From contig CAZGJX010000033.1 in the NCBI GenBank assembly GCA_964525635.1, forward strand, positions 1 through 36,707: a stretch of DNA of 36,707 bases, given 5' to 3'. Each line of letters opens with the position of its first letter. Within the stretch, counting starts at the first letter, position 1. This document shows, piece by piece, positions 1 through 8,368 of this stretch. The position numbers and the translations under genes are program-made. The notes beneath the pieces are model-generated. The model made no database searches, had not been told where the DNA came from, and saw only the letters and a list, made by a program, of their open reading frames with translations. This DNA comes from an uncultured archaeon. Its GTDB lineage: Archaea; Asgardarchaeota; Lokiarchaeia; Sigyniarchaeales; SOKP01.

Positions 1-257
1 TCTAAATTCCCTGCTTTCAATTCTAGGATAGCTCTTTCTGCCATACATAAAATTGTAGCGGTAGTAGCAGCTACTTGTAACTCCTCAATATCTGGTGGAA
101 GTATCGAAATAATAGGTAATCCTTCTATTGAAACTATAGCTGCAACCTTTACTTTAGGAATTGTTTTAATTAATTTTTTTAATATTCTTTCAAGTGATTT
201 GTGATTAGAGTCAGAGTCATATTGTTCTTCTTTTTCAATTGTTTTAGATATAGATAT
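1..257 (-). CDS. Roadblock/LC7 domain protein (3' end outside the window; probable non-ATG start)
   Basis: Manual minus-strand translation: ISISKTIEKEEQYDSDSNHKSLERILKKLIKTIPKVKVAAIVSIEGLPIISILPPDIEELQVAATTATILCMAERAILELKAGNL. The AAIVSxEGLPI...AAxxAxIL.MAERA pattern is typical of roadblock/MglB proteins. Not in the ORF track. No ATG/GTG/TTG before the domain; ATA at 257-255 lies 6 nt after GGGTGA. Confidence 0.85.
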   Translation of the reverse strand, partial: MSISKTIEKEEQYDSDSNHKSLERILKKLIKTIPKVKVAAIVSIEGLPIISILPPDIEELQVAATTATILCMAERAILELKAGNL

Positions 258-297
258 AAGAAATCACCCTCTATTATATTTTTTCATTTTAAATATT

Positions 298-338
298 ATA
301 TGGAACGTTTCATATCTAAGCATTTCTGGAACGTACCA
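298..338. promoter_or_regulatory. Two related imperfect palindromes (TGGAACGT core), possible operator pair
   Basis: ATATGGAACGTTTCATAT at 298-315 and TGGAACGTACCA at 327-338, centres 26 nt apart, just upstream of the roadblock gene. Confidence 0.35.
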
Positions 339-421
339 CAAGATCGATCTCCTGCAACATAAAAATGAAGAAATTCAAAAGAAAAATGTTAATTTAAATG
401 AAAAAAGAAGGTTAGAAAGAT

Positions 422-577
422 TTGATAGATGATAAATTAGATAAACTTGAAAAAGAATTGGAAAAAGCAAACCAATTAATAAAAAATGGATGTATTTATG
501 AAGAAGAGGTTCAAAAAACCAAAAAAAAGTTGATATATCTAATTCACTTCTACGAAAGTATAAAAGAAAATCTGTAA
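422..577 (+). CDS. Possible small coiled-coil protein (51 aa)
   Basis: TTG start; MIDDKLDKLEKELEKANQLIKNGCIYEEEVQKTKKKLIYLIHFYESIKENL has a charged helical composition. No family recognised. Confidence 0.25.
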   Translation: MIDDKLDKLEKELEKANQLIKNGCIYEEEVQKTKKKLIYLIHFYESIKENL

Positions 578-586
578 TAGAATTGA

Positions 587-934
587 TATAAAGTCTTTAT
601 TGATATATGTTTAAAGTCAAAGGGAAATCAAAGGATAAAAAGAGGAGAATTTACCTTAAAAAATACTAATAACACCGTTCTAGTTGAACATGCTTATGAG
701 GTGGATATCAAACAACAAATTGTCACTACTTCTCATCGATTTACTCTATTTGATAAAAATCAAAATAAACTTGAAGTTCGTAACTCTGCTTGGAAAACCA
801 GATATTTATATAAGCAACAATATCTTGACTTATTTGATAATTGCGGATTGGTTCCAGAAAATATAGTTGGAACATACAATAATGAACCAGTATCGCTAAA
901 AGGCCAACTAATTTTTCAATTAAAATTAAAATAA
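587..934 (+). pseudogene. C-terminal remnant of a class I SAM-dependent methyltransferase-like gene
   Basis: The frame of ORF 701-934 is open back to 587 (YKVFIDI...RYLYKQQYLDLFDNCGL..ENIVGTYNNEP...QLIF). This resembles a methyltransferase C-terminal half; the SAM-binding motif I and a start codon at 587 are absent. Confidence 0.45.
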
Positions 935-1118
935 TTATTTAAAATTATAGAATTGAGATTATTAGAAATAGTTACTATAATTCATGGAAGCAGAAAAATA
1001 AATTAAATAAATTATTCCCTGACTTTTTCATGATGAAATATATCTATGAAAACATTATTTACAAAAACTTAAATTTCAGAGTTTCTAATAAAAGTAAAGA
1101 ATTTTAGATTCCTGTTGA

Positions 1119-1541
1119 TTACTGGATAATTCTTGAGATTCTGGATAGTGGATGTCCTTTTGCTTTCATTTCTAATTCATTAAACCATCCAAAAGGAAGG
1201 CGTAGTACAGAATAACCTTTTAATGTGAGCAATGATTCAATTTTCTTAAATGATTTAAAAGCGTATTCTATGGATGAAAGTTGACCAAACAGATGAGCAA
1301 ATGGTACTATAACTAAATTTGAAATCTTGAGTTGATTGGTTATTTTTTTTATTTCAACAATGCTTTTTTCTAATAGATTAGGATCGATTTCATCACTTTT
1401 TTCAAAACTCATAAACAGAACTAATGCTTCTTTAACTAGGTTTTCTCTGTTTTCTTCTGTGATCTCTTCAATAATTGCCGAACGTCCCTTTTTTGTAACT
1501 TTATAATTAAACATATCGACATGAAATGATAAAAATCTCAT
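1119..1541 (-). CDS. Stand-alone archaeal threonyl-tRNA synthetase editing domain protein (DTD-like fold)
   Basis: MRxLxxHxD start, EKxDE, PFAHL, PFGW and KGHPLS.ISR motifs match the archaeal ThrRS N-terminal editing domain; no catalytic or anticodon-binding domain. Confidence 0.88.
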   Translation of the reverse strand: MRFLSFHVDMFNYKVTKKGRSAIIEEITEENRENLVKEALVLFMSFEKSDEIDPNLLEKSIVEIKKITNQLKISNLVIVPFAHLFGQLSSIEYAFKSFKKIESLLTLKGYSVLRLPFGWFNELEMKAKGHPLSRISRIIQ

Positions 1542-1739
1542 ACTTTCTCAAAATTTTCTTTATTAAATAAAGTATTTTTTTTAATTATAATATGATAAAT
1601 ATCTTAGCAATAATATTAAATTGTTAGATTATCACTTTCTTATAATTATATATCTATTTACTATATCTTTTTATTAAAAGAGGTTTATTTATCTGTGATA
1701 GAATAATATTAGAATATAAAAAATCTAAAGTCATTTGTT

Positions 1740-3791
1740 ATGTCTCAACAAAAAGAAATTCCTATTGTGTGCCCATATTGTGGAGTAGGATGTAATACTG
1801 AACTAGTGGTTGAAGATGGAAAAGCCGTAAAAGTTATTGTTAAAGGAAGAAATCCTGATTTAAATGGTAAATTTATATGTATTAAAGGGTTAACTGTAGC
1901 AGATATCTTAAATCATGAAGATCGCTTGAAGAGTCCTCTTCTTAAGATTAAAAATGAACATGTAGAAACAGATTGGTCAAATGCAATCAAAACAACTGCA
2001 ACCAAATTAAATGAAATAATTGAAAAATATGGAAACAATTCGATAGGTGTTTTAGTTTCTGGAAAAATATCAAATGAAGAGGGCTATTTAGCACAAAAAT
2101 TTGCTCGTACTGTGATAAAAACTCATAATGTTGATACTTGTGCGAGATTATGCCATTCCCCAAGTGAAGTTGCACTTAAGATGCAATTTGGATATGGGGC
2201 CGCCTCAGCATGTATTAATGATTTTAATGAAGCAGAAGTAGTGATGTTAGTTGGAGCAAATACACGATTTACTCATCCAGGGATTTGGAATCTATTAAGG
2301 AGGAGAGAAAAAAAAAGTATTTTGATTGTTGTAGATCTTTTCGAAGCAATATCTTCAATTGATATTAAATTAACACCTAATCCAAGTACAGATTTAATAT
2401 GGCTGAATGGATTAGCTAAAATTATCGTTGATAAACAGATTTATGATACTGAATTTATAAATGAGAGAACTATCGGATTTAAAAGATTTAAACAAAGTTT
2501 AGAAATATATGATAAAGATACTGTAGAACAAATAGCAAATGTTCCATACACTCAATTACAAAAAATTGCCGATCTTATTTCTAAAAAGAAAACAGTATTT
2601 GTTTGGGGTATGGGTCTTACTCAACATGCAAACGGAACTGATGCTGTTCTTTCTATTGGAAATCTTGCTATGTTAACAGGAAATATAGGTAAAAAAGGAA
2701 CTGGTGTTATTCCTTTAAGGGGCCAAAATAATGTGCAGGGGGTAGTAGATATGGGTGCAAATCCTTTTAGTTTAACAGGGGGATATTCTTTAACTGATAA
2801 AGGTGCTTTAACTCATTTTGAAGGATTCTGGAATACACGATTATCAGAAGAACCAGGATTAAGTGCAACACAGATGATCCATAAAATCCTTGATGGAAAA
2901 ATAAAAGCTTTATACGTTATAGGTGAAAATCCCGCTTTTAGCGAACCTCAATCTGCTTTTGTAAAATGGATGCTTCGAAACCTTGAACTTTTAATTGTTC
3001 AAGATATTTTTCTTACAGAAACTGCTAAATATGCTGATATTATTTTTCCTGCTGCCGCTTTAGGTGAAAAAGAAGGTACATATACAAATGCACATCGACT
3101 TATTCAATTAAGTGCTAAAGCAGTTGATCCTCCAGGAAGTGCAAAAGTGGACTGGGAAATTATACAAGATTTAGCACAATCAATGGGTTATAAATGGAAT
3201 TACAAAAATTCAGAAGATATTTGGAATGAGGCAAGAGAAATTGCACCAATTTTTAGAGGAGCTTCTTATTCCCATTTAAAAGAATCTAATGGTCTTTTTT
3301 GGCCAATATATGATGATAAAAGTACAGGTATAGAACGTTTATATATAGATCGTTTTATGTTTTCTGATAATAGAGCAAGATTTTACCCTATAAAAATTCC
3401 CTCAATTTTTACACATACAACTGATGAATATCCATTTATGTTAGTTACGCATCGTTTATATGAACAATTTAATACAGGAGAAATGACTTTAAGGAGTAAA
3501 ATAACCTCCAAAAAGGTTAAAAAAGGATTTGTCGCTTTAAACGATTCGGATACGATTTCATTAGATCTATCAAATAATTCATCAATTAGAATTAATTCCC
3601 CTTATGGTAGTATTGTATCTCCAATTAAAATAATTAAAGGAATGAAAGTTCCAAGTGGTTATATTTTTGCGCCTATTCATTTTTTTACCTATACAAATTT
3701 TAATGAATTAACAAGTACTTACCCTCTTGATCCAAAAGCTCATATGCCCTCTCTTAAAAAAATACCTGTTAATATTGAGAAAATTAACTAA
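1740..3791 (+). CDS. fdhF: Formate dehydrogenase alpha-subunit-like Mo/W-bis-PGD oxidoreductase (Cys form)
   Basis: CPYCGVGC...CIKG 4Fe-4S motif, CARLCH metal-ligand motif, WGMGLTQH, PLRGQNNVQG, EKEGTYTN and a C-terminal molybdopterin-dinucleotide-binding domain. Confidence 0.9.
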   Translation: MSQQKEIPIVCPYCGVGCNTELVVEDGKAVKVIVKGRNPDLNGKFICIKGLTVADILNHEDRLKSPLLKIKNEHVETDWSNAIKTTATKLNEIIEKYGNNSIGVLVSGKISNEEGYLAQKFARTVIKTHNVDTCARLCHSPSEVALKMQFGYGAASACINDFNEAEVVMLVGANTRFTHPGIWNLLRRREKKSILIVVDLFEAISSIDIKLTPNPSTDLIWLNGLAKIIVDKQIYDTEFINERTIGFKRFKQSLEIYDKDTVEQIANVPYTQLQKIADLISKKKTVFVWGMGLTQHANGTDAVLSIGNLAMLTGNIGKKGTGVIPLRGQNNVQGVVDMGANPFSLTGGYSLTDKGALTHFEGFWNTRLSEEPGLSATQMIHKILDGKIKALYVIGENPAFSEPQSAFVKWMLRNLELLIVQDIFLTETAKYADIIFPAAALGEKEGTYTNAHRLIQLSAKAVDPPGSAKVDWEIIQDLAQSMGYKWNYKNSEDIWNEAREIAPIFRGASYSHLKESNGLFWPIYDDKSTGIERLYIDRFMFSDNRARFYPIKIPSIFTHTTDEYPFMLVTHRLYEQFNTGEMTLRSKITSKKVKKGFVALNDSDTISLDLSNNSSIRINSPYGSIVSPIKIIKGMKVPSGYIFAPIHFFTYTNFNELTSTYPLDPKAHMPSLKKIPVNIEKIN

Positions 3792-3817
3792 TTTTTTTTC
3801 AATTTTAAGATAAAATT

Positions 3818-4446
3818 TCAATCATTAATCTTTTTTAATTTAACACTTTGAATTAGACACCATAAAATCAGAGAATATACTGTAATTTTTTGAAGAAATG
3901 CATTTCTAACAAGAAAAATGTGAAATAAAGCAATTAATAGGATTACGATACCAAGTGTAGCATAATAGTTTTCATGAGACTGATTAAAATACATAGCAAG
4001 TGAAAAGATAAAGATTGAAGAAAGTATAAATAAATAATAACTAAATGTTAACCTATCATGTATTTCAGGATAAATATCCCCTGGATAAAATGCAAATATA
4101 ATTCCAATAGGCACAGAAATTATATACAAAATCATTCCTATCCTACTGATTATTGCTATAGCTTTCGGATTTTTAAAATAAGTACTAAGACTAAAAAAAA
4201 GGGAATTAATAGGACTGTAAATGATATAAATGTAATAACAAATAGTGTTTGACATAAAAAATTTGGATTCCCATTATTTGCAGATGTGTAATATCCTAAA
4301 TAACTGATCTTATTATCCCAAAAAGAATATCCTCCAGGATATAATAGCATCATAAGAACTGTCATTATTATAAATTGGACTCCAGCAATAATACCAAAAA
4401 TACTTCCTATTAATTTCCATTTTTTAAAATTTATCCCTTTTTTCAT
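3818..4446 (-). pseudogene. DUF998-like multi-pass membrane protein split by a -1 frameshift (possibly a sequencing error)
   Basis: N-half (YPGGYSFWDNKISYLG) and C-half (P.D.YPEIH...LQKITVY) join if one T is added to the T8 run (A8 at 4193-4200 on +). Confidence 0.7.
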
Positions 4447-4545
4447 TTTTCTTATTTATCGAAGCATTAAATTTGTAAATTTAATAGTTAAAAATTAGGA
4501 ACTAACTTAGATATTATTCTATATTCAATAAGTTAAATAAAAAAT

Positions 4546-4556
4546 AAAAAAAAAAA
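4546..4556 (-). terminator. Oligo-U (T11) terminator candidate ending a ~100-nt 3' UTR of the selenoprotein gene
   Basis: A11 run on the + strand; archaeal intrinsic terminators are oligo-T tracts. Confidence 0.4.
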
Positions 4557-4610
4557 TCTATGATATTTATAAAAGCTATGTTGACATTTAGTAAAGTATG
4601 GCTAACTTAA

Positions 4611-4648
4611 AGGAATATAATATCATTTATCTTTTCAATTAAATTCCC
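4611..4648 (-). promoter_or_regulatory. Candidate SECIS / kink-loop RNA element
   Basis: GGGAAUUUAAU-UGA-AAAGAUAAAU-GAU-AUUAUAUUCCU begins about 10 nt after the stop. An 11-position stem (one U.U, one G.U) is capped by U.U and tandem G.A/A.G pairs. Confidence 0.45.
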
Positions 4649-4657
4649 ACTAAATTA

Positions 4658-5140
4658 TTAATTATTTATCTTCTTTAATTCATCAAGAATTTCCCTATTT
4701 TCAGGAATATCATGCATATTATCGCTATAATACGCGTATCTAATTACTCCTTGTTTATCAATGATTAATAATCCCGGTATTCTTCCTAATTTTGAAATTT
4801 TAATTTCTTGTTTTAGTATTTCTGTTACCTCTTTTTTTTCATCATAAAAAATAGGATATATCCTTGCATATTTTTGTTGCATTTTAATGGCATTTTTCTT
4901 ATTATCAGTTAAAATTGGAAATAAATAGGTGTTAAGTTCTTTTAATTTCTGGAAATCTCTTCGTAATTGAGCCACATGCCATCTACAATATGGTCAATGA
5001 ATACTCCTTAATAGAACTATTAAAATATTTTTTTCATTTTGGAAATCCTTTATGTTGATTAATTCATCGTTAGTATTTGGTAATTCAAATTCTTGTATTT
5101 TCGTACCTACTAATTTAAATTTATCTTTTATAGTGATCAC
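4658..5140 (-). CDS. Selenocysteine-containing peroxiredoxin-like (AhpC/TSA/redoxin) protein, UxxC motif
   Basis: ORF 4658-4975 extends in frame through a single TGA (4996-4994) to GTG at 5140: ..LVGTKIQEFELPNTNDELINIKDF..KNILIVLLRSIH-U-PYCRWHVAQL.. The TGA sits exactly at the first Cys of the thioredoxin-fold CPxC motif, with family-typical sequence on both sides. Confidence 0.88.
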
Positions 5141-5389
5141 TTTAATGATATTATTAGGATTTATTAAATTATTCTAATATCTAAATTATATTTTTATAAA
5201 ATAAAAATAGCTTTTGTGTGGATTATGAAAATCTATATTTATGAATAAACTGCAAAATTATCTACACCTAATAAGACATTTAATTTGAAAATAATTAGTT
5301 CTATATTATTATGGAAAATTTATACGATACTGATTTATTTTATAAATAATTATCCATGGATTTAACTTCTCAAATTAGTAATTTAAATT

Positions 5390-5869
5390 ATGGAGCCTGA
5401 AAAAGCTATATTTGCTGCGGGATGTTTTTGGGGTATAGAAGATAAATTTAGGAAAATAAAAGGAGTAATTTCTACTCGCGCTGGTTATAGTGGTGGACAT
5501 TTTGAAAATCCCACTTATGAAGATGTTTGTTATCGTAATACTGGTCATGCTGAAAGCGTGGAAATAACTTTTGATAAATCTAAGGTAACTTATGGGGAGT
5601 TATTAAATGTTTTTTGGTCAATTCATGATCCAACTAGCCTAAATCGTCAAGGTCTTGATACGGGATCACAATATAGATCAACTATTTTTTATCTAGATGA
5701 AAAACAAAAAGAAATAGCCCTCCAATCTAAAGTTGAAATTGAGAAATCTAACCGTTTTAAAAATCCAATTGTTACAGAAATCGTTCAAGCATCTGTATTT
5801 TGGGAAGCAGAAGAATATCACCAACAATATGTAGAGAAAAAAGGAAAACGTTTCATTAATATTTTTTAA
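5390..5869 (+). CDS. msrA: Peptide methionine sulfoxide reductase A
   Basis: FAAGCFWG, GYSGG, TGHAE, HDPT..NRQG.D.GSQYRS and AEEYHQQY motifs. Confidence 0.96.
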   Translation: MEPEKAIFAAGCFWGIEDKFRKIKGVISTRAGYSGGHFENPTYEDVCYRNTGHAESVEITFDKSKVTYGELLNVFWSIHDPTSLNRQGLDTGSQYRSTIFYLDEKQKEIALQSKVEIEKSNRFKNPIVTEIVQASVFWEAEEYHQQYVEKKGKRFINIF

Positions 5870-6028
5870 ACATATTTTCCTATGGAGTACCCATGATGAT
5901 AACAAATATTTGCATCTTCTATACCTAATTATTATCTTTAGTATCACATCCTTTATGATATGCTATTACAAACAAATAAATCTTAATAGTATCTCTTTAT
6001 AAATCGTATCCTTTTCAATAATAGTACT

Positions 6029-6266
6029 ATGAAATCATCTGAAGCGTGTAAATTATTACAAATTACAAAACCTACCTTATATAAGTATAAAAGTAATGGA
6101 ACGATCATAAATGCTGATGTGAATGCAGGCTATAATATTCTGAAAAAAGCATTCCCAAATTTTATAAACGATGATGGGATACAGGGTTTGGTGTTAAACC
6201 CCCAAGTTGTCAAGATTTCTTGATAATTTTAAATAAAATTAGCTAAATTTTACTAGTTTTGATAAC
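6029..6266 (+). mobile_element. Internally deleted IS607-family element (tnpA 5' end fused to tnpB 3' end); ends approximate
   Basis: The 64-aa ORF starts MKSSEACKLLQITKPTLYKY (HTH start of IS607 TnpA) and ends INADVNAGYNILKKAFPN...GIQGLVLNP (TnpB RuvC-III and tail). The 3' part is hairpin-rich. Confidence 0.8.
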
Positions 6267-6374
6267 ATGAGATTGAATGATTTTATAGTTTTATTGTTAT
6301 AAAATTTTAAATAGTATTCAAAGCTCTTCCTAGATATTCTAAAAAATATTAATATTGAATAAGGAGATAGGAAA

Positions 6375-6941
6375 ATGGAAAAATCAAAGGTCCTAATTGC
6401 TTATGGAACTCGTTATGGATGTACCCAAGAAATCTCTCAAGAGATTGGAAAAGTGCTTGAAAAAAAGGGATTAGATATAGAACTTATTAATTTAGGGATT
6501 ATAAATCCTATTAACTGGCCCCAATTAGATAATTTCGGAGGGCTTATAATAGGAACTAGTTTACAAATAAATTCATGGAAAAAAGAGGTAAAAATGTTCT
6601 TAGAAAGAAAAAAGGATGAAATTAAAAGCAAAAATTTAAAATTAGGTGCGTTTGTTTGTGGAGTTTATCCTGTTGCAGAACCTGTTAAAGCCAAGGATCA
6701 ATTTATTAAAAAATTATCTAAAAAATATGATCTTGAACCAGATATTTATGATGCTTTTGGAGGTATTTTAGACCTTTCAGAAGATACAAAAGTAGGTAAA
6801 GGGGCTAAAGTAGCTTTGAAAATAGTTGCAAAAATTTTATCCAAAAATCCAAATGTGGAAATAAAAATGAATGCATATAATGATCTTCGTGATTGGGATA
6901 ATATTCGAGCTTTTGCCGAAAGTTTTGCTAAGATATTCTGA
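6375..6941 (+). CDS. Flavodoxin-domain protein (HemG-like long-chain flavodoxin)
   Basis: IAYGTRYGCTQEI FMN-binding loop, AFGG and C-terminal DLRDWDNIRAFA. Confidence 0.85.
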   Translation: MEKSKVLIAYGTRYGCTQEISQEIGKVLEKKGLDIELINLGIINPINWPQLDNFGGLIIGTSLQINSWKKEVKMFLERKKDEIKSKNLKLGAFVCGVYPVAEPVKAKDQFIKKLSKKYDLEPDIYDAFGGILDLSEDTKVGKGAKVALKIVAKILSKNPNVEIKMNAYNDLRDWDNIRAFAESFAKIF

Positions 6942-6984
6942 TATCTATATATAAGGTTATTTATTTCTTCTTTTCTTTATTTAA

Positions 6985-8177
6985 TTAATCTTGATTAAAC
7001 TTATCTCTTTTTTTTCCTAAATATGGCATAGCATGTTTATATCTTTTCATAATGAATCGAGAAATAACGATTCTCTGAATTTCACTTGTTCCTTCATATA
7101 TTTGATACAATTTTGCATCTCTAAATAATTTTTCAACTGGATATGTACGTAGATATCCATATCCTCCGAAAATCTGAATTGCTTCAGTAGTAACATTCAT
7201 AGCAACATCTGAAGCAAATGCCTTTGCAATTGAAAAGCTTAAATTATTATCTATTCCTTGATCTGCTTCCCAAGCAGCTTTATAGGTCAAAAGTCTTGCG
7301 GCTTCGATATCCTTATACATATTAGCAATTTTGAATTGAATTGCTTGATATTTTTCTATAGGTCTCCCAAAGACTTCTCTTTTTTTGGTATAATCTATGG
7401 AATATTCCATAGCAGAACGAGCACATCCAATAGCAAAAGCTCCAATAGCAGGACGTGTGTGAGCAAAGGTTTGCATTGCTAATACAAAACCCCTCCCAGG
7501 TTTTGCTAAAACATTCTCTTTTTTAACCCTGACATTTTTTAATGCTACTGAAACTGTATTAGAAGCTCTCTGCCCCAATTTAGGAATTTGTTTTCCTAAT
7601 CTTACTCCTTCTATATTAGTTGGTATAGTAAAAGCACCTATTCCTCGATGTTTCATTGAGGGATCTTTAGTAGCAAAAATAGTAATATAATCTCCATATC
7701 CCCCATTGGTTATCCAGAACTTTGTTCCATTTAAAATATATTCATCTCCATCCTTTTCTGCAAGACATTTCATATTAGCTACATCAGAGCCCATTGAAGG
7801 TTCAGAAGTAGCAAAAGTAATAAGCTTAAAATTACTAACCAATTCTGTTAGAATACGTTGCTTTTGTTCTTCAGTACCCCAATAATTATTGGTTCTGCTC
7901 CTAAATTATTATCAAATATAGAAGTTGCGATACCTGGACATGCAGATGCAATCTCTTCAACAACTATACAAGCATCTAATAATCCCAATCCTTGACCTCC
8001 ATATTCTTTAGGAATAGCTAGATTCAATAAATTCTGTTCCCATGCCTTCTTTAATATCTCTATTGGAAATTCTTCAGTTTCATCATATTTATGAGCAACA
8101 GGTAACACTTCATTAATTGCAAATTCTCTTGCCTTTTCTCTTAACTTAATTTGTTTTTCTGATAAATTAAAATCCAT
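6985..8177 (-). pseudogene. Acyl-CoA dehydrogenase split by a -1 frameshift (probably a sequencing error)
   Basis: ORFs 7848-8177 and 6985-7842 join as ..EPIIIG-GTEEQKQRIL.. if one G is added to the G4 run (CCCC 7877-7880). The SEPxxGSD, NGTKFWITNG, FGGYGY and IYEGTSEIQR motifs are intact. Confidence 0.88.
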
Positions 8178-8229
8178 ATATTATACAACTTTCCTTTTTA
8201 GATATATTACCATTTTCTTTTGCATCTTA

Positions 8230-8255
8230 TTATATCTTATGTTATTAAGATATAA
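8230..8255. promoter_or_regulatory. Perfect 10-bp inverted repeat in the divergent promoter region
   Basis: TTATATCTTA-tgttat-TAAGATATAA, about 50 nt upstream of the acyl-CoA dehydrogenase start. Confidence 0.4.
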
Positions 8256-8340
8256 GTCTATGAAAAAAGAGTTATTAAATTACTTCAATACCAACTTAGA
8301 AAAACCATTATTATTGTTTAATAAAATTTTTAAATTTTAT

Positions 8341-8368
8341 TACGTTATGTCTCATAATACATTTCGAT
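8341..8368. promoter_or_regulatory. ModE-type (molybdate/tungstate-responsive) operator candidate
   Basis: taCGtTATGTc-tcataa-TACATttCGAT aligns without gaps to the ModE consensus ATCGnTATATA-N6-TATATAnCGAT, with both CG dinucleotides at the correct spacing. It ends 34 nt before the operon start. Confidence 0.55.

Noticed and set aside
264-266. Selenocysteine readthrough of the TGA upstream of the roadblock gene
   Set aside because: No redox-motif context; the TGA is better explained as part of a GGTGA ribosome-binding site.
684-866. 60-aa ORF overlapping the methyltransferase remnant
   Set aside because: Alternative-frame shadow with no motifs.
2140-2160. Selenocysteine in FdhF
   Set aside because: The ligand codon is TGC (Cys) and the ORF is uninterrupted.
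4658-4975. ORF-track call of a 105-aa protein starting at GTG 4975
   Set aside because: It would lack the redox motif; it is the C-terminal part of the Sec-containing gene.
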